From Vicugna vicugna (taxonomy: Eukaryota), in the NCBI GenBank assembly GCA_013265495.1, contig MU063886.1:868001-932000 (forward strand): a DNA stretch of 64,000 bases, in the 5' to 3' direction. A program made the position numbers and the translations under genes. This document shows positions 59,076-64,000 of the stretch, one piece after another. A model generated the notes under the pieces. The model saw only the letters and a program-made list of their open reading frames with translations. It had not been told where the DNA came from and searched no databases. Each line of letters opens with the position of its first letter. Position 1 is the stretch's first letter.

Positions 59076-60018
59076 TGTCTGCCTTTTCAACCCCCTGAAT
59101 ATTCATGTACTATCCCCCCCCACAACGTGGCATCATCCTCTCCCACAGGGGGACAGTCTCAGGTCCTACCCAGGTAGGGCAACCCGAGCTCCACGATTCC
59201 CAGGTGAGGTGGAGTCTTTCCCATCAGCTCTGGTATGGCGTCTCATGGATCAGTAATTTATAAACTAAGACGTGAGTTTTCTTATTCCTGTACCTTATCT
59301 ACATCAGTGAAGAGGAATTACGAAAACCAAAATGAAAATGTAGTTTTAAAGGAAAAAATAAGAGGAGAACTGGAAATAGGCAGTAGTTAGGACCCGGGAT
59401 GGCTGTGTTTCCAGTTCTCTCCCTGCCCCTCTCTGGATCTACGATGGGACCCAGGTCACGGAGCAGGAGCAGCAGGCCCTCCTCCTGGCAGTGGGCTGGG
59501 TTGTTGGTGCCCGTCTCACAGCCTCGCCTTCTGCAGCTTGCCCATCGTCCTCTGTAGTCGCGCCTGACGTGGGCTTTGGACAGGTCACTCTTCTTGGGGA
59601 CTGCGCAGCTGATTAGCTCTTCCTGCTGGTGCCGTTTTGAGGGCCTGGGAGTTGCTGGGAAGTTGGATGATTACTGGCTTTTGTTGCCAAGCTAGTGGTT
59701 TCTTCAGATATAATTTCCTCCGTATTTTAAGTAGGTTTCCTGTATATCACTTCCCCTTGGTTTCATATACAAGTAACTACTGCCAAATATCTTGTGCCTA
59801 TGAGTTTAAGCCGAGTCTTTTACCTTCTCGCCTCTGTGCTGTGCCCAACTGTTCTCTCAAGTTAATAATGGTGACCTTGGAGTTGTTGGAAGCCACAAGC
59901 TTCGGTGATAATTTTGGCTAACCTGACCATTCCCACCAGGCTGGGACATGTTATCTGGTAGAGAACCCTTAGTGGAAGATGTTTCAAAAAGGACTTGGGG
60001 CCAGAGTTTTAACTCTTG

Positions 60019-60873
60019 CTAAGTCCAGGGCGTTAAGTCACTACTTAAAACTTCAGTTTGAGGTTTAGGAGAAATTATGTTGGGTTTTTTTTTCCTTTCC
60101 AGCCCTGCAGCAAGGCTCTGTGTTACCAAACTAGTCAACTTAGAATGAAGACCACAGGCAAAAAATGTTTGTCCTAGGAAAGCTGTATTCCCTTCCATCT
60201 GGCTTGCAGCCTGGCTAGTTGTGGGCTGAAGTTCGTTTCTCTCTTGTGGGATGTTGCTGAGAAAAGTAGGAGGCGGCCAACATACACCAGCATTCCGAAT
60301 GTTTCCTACCATTTCCCCTAATCCTTCCTCCACCTCTGGAGTGCAGTGTGCCTTTTCTCTCATTCTCACTCTGTTTGAATAACGTCCAGGCCTTGTGTTC
60401 ATTCCCTTCCTTTTCATAGCGTCTTCCTCTCCAATCTTAACCTGGTGGTTGATTACCAGTTCAGAAGCTGAACAGCCAGACTGGGGCTGGTCATGCTTCC
60501 AACACCGCAATCCTGGCAGGGTAACTTCTTGTCTGCAGCGTTTCTTCTCTGTCCCTGGCCAGCTGCTGTGTGAGTGGTGGCCACTGCCTAATGTGATAAG
60601 GAATCGTTCTAACATGCCTTCGTTGCCTTTGCTGGCTTCAGGCTTCATGCCCAGGTGTTCTAGCAGGGCTACCTCTGAATTCCACGTGACTTTTCTCAGA
60701 TTCAACCACGCATCATGCAGGAGGTTGGGGGGATGATACGGCTGCTTTGTGGAACCCACCGCCCCCCCGCCCCGAGCTGTACGGAAGCCCTTCAAGTTCA
60801 CCCACAGAGGAGCCTCAAAAGGAAGCATTCCCTTTGAGCCCCTCAGCATCCCGTCACTTCCAGCCTCCCCCAC
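60019..60873 (-). other. Longest ORF in the window (284 codons from GTG; 276 from the ATG at 60849), no recognisable homology
   Basis: From the ORF track; lies in sequence with no recognised repeat; no domain recognised. Confidence 0.15.
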
Positions 60874-61840
60874 CCAGACACAACAGAAATGATCGGGGGC
60901 AACAAGGCTTTCCCCTACATGTTTCTCATGAGGCCAAGATGGAACTTGTGCTACAGTTCCACCCAGGCTGTCCTTACCTTAATTTACCTTCACATGACAT
61001 CTAGTTTATATTCTCACCGTAAGCAGCACCCTCCCCTGATTGTGATGCTTGGAAAGACTTCTTCCCTACTTTTAAGTCTCCTGCCTCAGTTCAGTCGAGG
61101 TGGCAATGGTGAGAAGGGAAAGCAGGCTGGTCCTCCGATGGGATCGCTATTGGAAGCTCCCACTCTGAACCTGCTCCTCTAGGGAAGGCAGGGAGGGGAA
61201 GGCATGGCGAGCCGCCTTCCATGTAAAACAAGGATCCTGGGTTATTCTGAAAGGAAACCAAGACTAATTTGGGTTTAGTCTGAACTGCTGTCCAAGAACT
61301 CAGTGTGGACAGTGGCAATAACCAAACTAAGAGCTAGTGGAGTGGGGAACGGGATTTAAAGTGGCCAGCGTGTGATTGTGTGGAGACGGAGCTGCAGATT
61401 CTGCTCCGAACTCTGGGAACACCAAGCCGTCGTCTTCACGTGGCCACCATCCTGTAACGTGAACTACTCTAGATCCTGTATTGTCATCAAAACAGAATTT
61501 TTTTTTCTTTATGAGTCAGCCTGGGAAGCGAAATTAGAGAAACTTTTCAATGAAAAATCCCCATGTCTCATTTAACTCTCCTTATTCCAGCCTTTCCTTT
61601 CACAGCTTGATTAGTACCTTTGCCCATTTAGACACTGTATTACAATTAGGTTTTAAGAGCCATCCATCCATCGCTGTTTGCCTGAAACTAAAAAAAACTA
61701 AAAAAAATAAAAAACAATGTTTAGAGAAAGCCAGTAAAGTAGCCTTTACCACTTGTGTCTGTTTCTGGGCTGCCCGTGGTTCTGGACGTTTTGCTGCCTC
61801 CCCTCTTCTGGAAAAGATGGAGCTTGCAGGGTGGCTGGAC

Positions 61841-61990
61841 TTTGCCAAATGCTGACGCAGAGTAGATCCAGGCTGGCAGCTGTCTACAACTCCTTGATGG
61901 GCCTCTTTGAGAAGGAAGATTGATGCGAGTCAGCAAAGCCCTCGTTAAGTGAGTCACACCATTAATAAAAGGTGCAGATTGCAACGTGGT
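61841..61990. promoter_or_regulatory. bZIP motif cluster (MAF/MARE-like, AP-1, C/EBP-like), candidate enhancer
   Basis: aaatgctgacgca (61847-61859), tgcgagtcagca (61924-61935), tgagtca (61950-61956), attgcaac (61978-61985). Confidence 0.4.
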
Positions 61991-62299
61991 GTTTATCTCA
62001 GTGTTGATAGAAACCAGGACACAGTGGCCTTGAATCAAAAATAACCTTGGGCCAGACACATTGAACTTGGATCCAGTCTGAAAGCCGAGGCACACAATCC
62101 CCCTGGGGACAAACACCCAGATACCGCTGCTGCCTTCTTTGTCCCACAGAGGAGTTGCCCTGCATCACTGGTGTTTGCCCTGGCTTGACAGTTTACAGAG
62201 CCTGTCCACTTGTATCTCCCTTGTCCCAACTTGAGTAAAGCCGTGGAACGTGGCTAAGTGATGTTCTCAGTGATGAAGTGATGGTCCTGAGTCAGAATC

Positions 62300-62570
62300 A
62301 CAGGCCTGCTATTTCCAAGCTCTGTGAACTTGGTTCTCTTACACAGCCTGTCTGCGATTCAGACTCACTGCATAGCCCCAGGACCCTTGCTGCCCTAAGT
62401 GACCCTCTCCAGTTTCCTCATCTGGGCTTGATGGCCTTAGATTCTCCTACTGATTGATGAAGATGACAGTATCTCCATCACAAGGTGTGAAGATTAAACT
62501 AGGCAATATCGTTAATGAAATAATCTCAATGTATAGCATACATAGTAAGAGCTCAGGAAATGTTACCCTG
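62300..62570 (+). mobile_element. MIR fragments
   Basis: ctctgtgaacttgg...gtgaccctctccagtttcctcatctg...aaggtgtgaagattaaact. Confidence 0.65.
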
Positions 62571-62829
62571 AGATCTGGGGAGTATAGGTCTTGTGCCAGT
62601 TAATACATAAGCAAACCAGAGTTGAGAAAGCTTTTCCATCCAAGGTTACAGACGTGGAACCCAGTGGTGCCACAAACTGAGACAAGTTCTTCTGGCTTCA
62701 AAGCCAGAGCCTTTCAGAGGCACCCACAGCATAGGTCTCTGAAGATGGGCATGATTTCTCTTGCCCTGTTCACTTGCAGGAAATGAAATTGTCTCATACT
62801 TTCCTCCTGGTTCTCACTGGTTTACTGTT

Positions 62830-63070
62830 CCATCCATATGCACTTTGATTTACACGTCAGTGGCTGGGGACACCCTAGTGAACAACACAAGGCTGCTCAC
62901 TACCTATAGTTGTTATAGTCAAGGAACGAGGTCATTGTAGTTTAGTGTGATGGGTGCCATGTGGCCACATATAGGAGTGGCACCTCACCAGCCCTGGCTG
63001 GGAAGTGGGGAGAAGAGGGTGGTCAAAGAAGGTCTGGCTTTTAGTAGGTGGCCCAATAAATATTTATGAC
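62830..63070 (-). mobile_element. L2 3' fragment
   Basis: gctggggacaccctagtgaacaacacaaggctgctcactacc. Confidence 0.55.
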
Positions 63071-63529
63071 CTGACTGCCGGCTTCTCCTGGAGGAGGCAG
63101 CTTTGAAGCTGAGATCTGGCAGATGAACAGCAGTCAGCCAAGTGAGTGTGTGGGGAGGAAACCCAGTTCACGCAGGAAGAATGATGCACGTCATGGGCGA
63201 CAGGGGAGAGGACGTGTCATGGTCAGCTGCAGTGCAGGTGGGGCAGGGCCAGTGAGTCTGGTAGGGGTTTTAGACCTTATTTTCAAGGCAGTAACTCTGC
63301 TTCCAAGAACGTTTGACTTAGGTGATTTGATGCAGTTCTGCTGACGTCGCTCTGCTGTAATGCAGGGCAAGTCTGGTGCAGGATTAAAACATACCTACCC
63401 CTTACCAGGTACAAGTGCTCTTCATTACAGACAGTTGACCCTGCATTTTTCACGGTGCATGGGATTCTCAGGTCAGGCCCAGCCAGTGAGTGAATCTGTT
63501 TTGTATATTATTTGTTATGTTTTTAGGTT

Positions 63530-63830
63530 AAAAGCTTAACAATTATAAAAATATTACAGGAAACTGTGGATGACTATTTCTATAATCCTTGGATAAATAG
63601 GTGGAAAATACACGGTAGCAGTAAGTCAATACTTTCCTGAACTGCTGACAAAGAATAATAATAGCTAAAATATAAACAAGCTGTTTATAATTATGACAAT
63701 AGTTAAATAATAATTGAATTAAATACTTAAAAATCCTCATGCACAAATAGTTTCTAAAAATCCATAGGAACAAGATGAGCAGCTCAGTAGATAGTGAGTA
63801 GCTCACAAGAGAAGAAACACATGGGATAGA
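63530..63830 (+). mobile_element. Old L1M ORF2 fragment
   Basis: aattataaaaatattacaggaaactgtggatgactatttctataatccttgg...gctcacaagagaagaaacac. Confidence 0.65.
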
Positions 63831-64000
63831 AGAGGGTAGAGAGTTGTGCCTGGTTCAGTGATGCGGACGTGCCAAGTGCGTGGAACAGCTCCAGTGGACT
63901 GTAGGCACTCTTTGTGGAATGAACGAACACAGGACCATCTTTTGCTTCACTAGTGCTTTTAAAAGAGAAAATTTTAAGCCCACAAGATTTACTTTTCAAT

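Noticed and set aside
1-64000. CRISPR arrays, operons or prokaryotic systems
   Set aside because: The sequence is clearly mammalian (MIR, L2, L1, MLT); no regularly spaced repeat-spacer structure.

Overview
Mammalian genomic DNA, very probably camelid (camel/llama/alpaca). It carries four tRNA-Ala-derived SINEs of the camelid Vic-1 type and artiodactyl-style L1 3' ends, and I saw no Alu, B1, Bov-tA, CHR or PRE1 elements. The window looks intronic or intergenic. I recognise no protein-coding gene, and the ORF-track entries are mostly L1/L2/LTR debris, microsatellite translations or chance ORFs. A large share of the window is ancient repeats (L2, MIR, L1M, MLT1/MLT2 LTRs, MER58/MER5/MER20/MER33/MER53/MER82 MITEs), several nested with readable target-site duplications (TSDs). 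These are separated by repeat-poor, CpG-retaining stretches that look regulatory. The most notable observations are: (1) a 40-nt tailless 5S rRNA retropseudogene with an 11-bp TSD at 26083-26122; (2) two SINE copies with different internal deletions and a closely spaced inverted SINE pair; (3) several splice-site-bounded candidate exons, including a 9-nt microexon candidate and a palindrome that supplies splice donors on both strands; (4) repeated CTCF-core-like CAGGTGGCA motifs; (5) a 284-codon ORF in unique sequence; (6) two N gaps of exactly 132 nt. Repeat family names come from my memory of consensus sequences, and boundaries are approximate unless a TSD is quoted. Exon and binding-site calls are motif-level hypotheses only.
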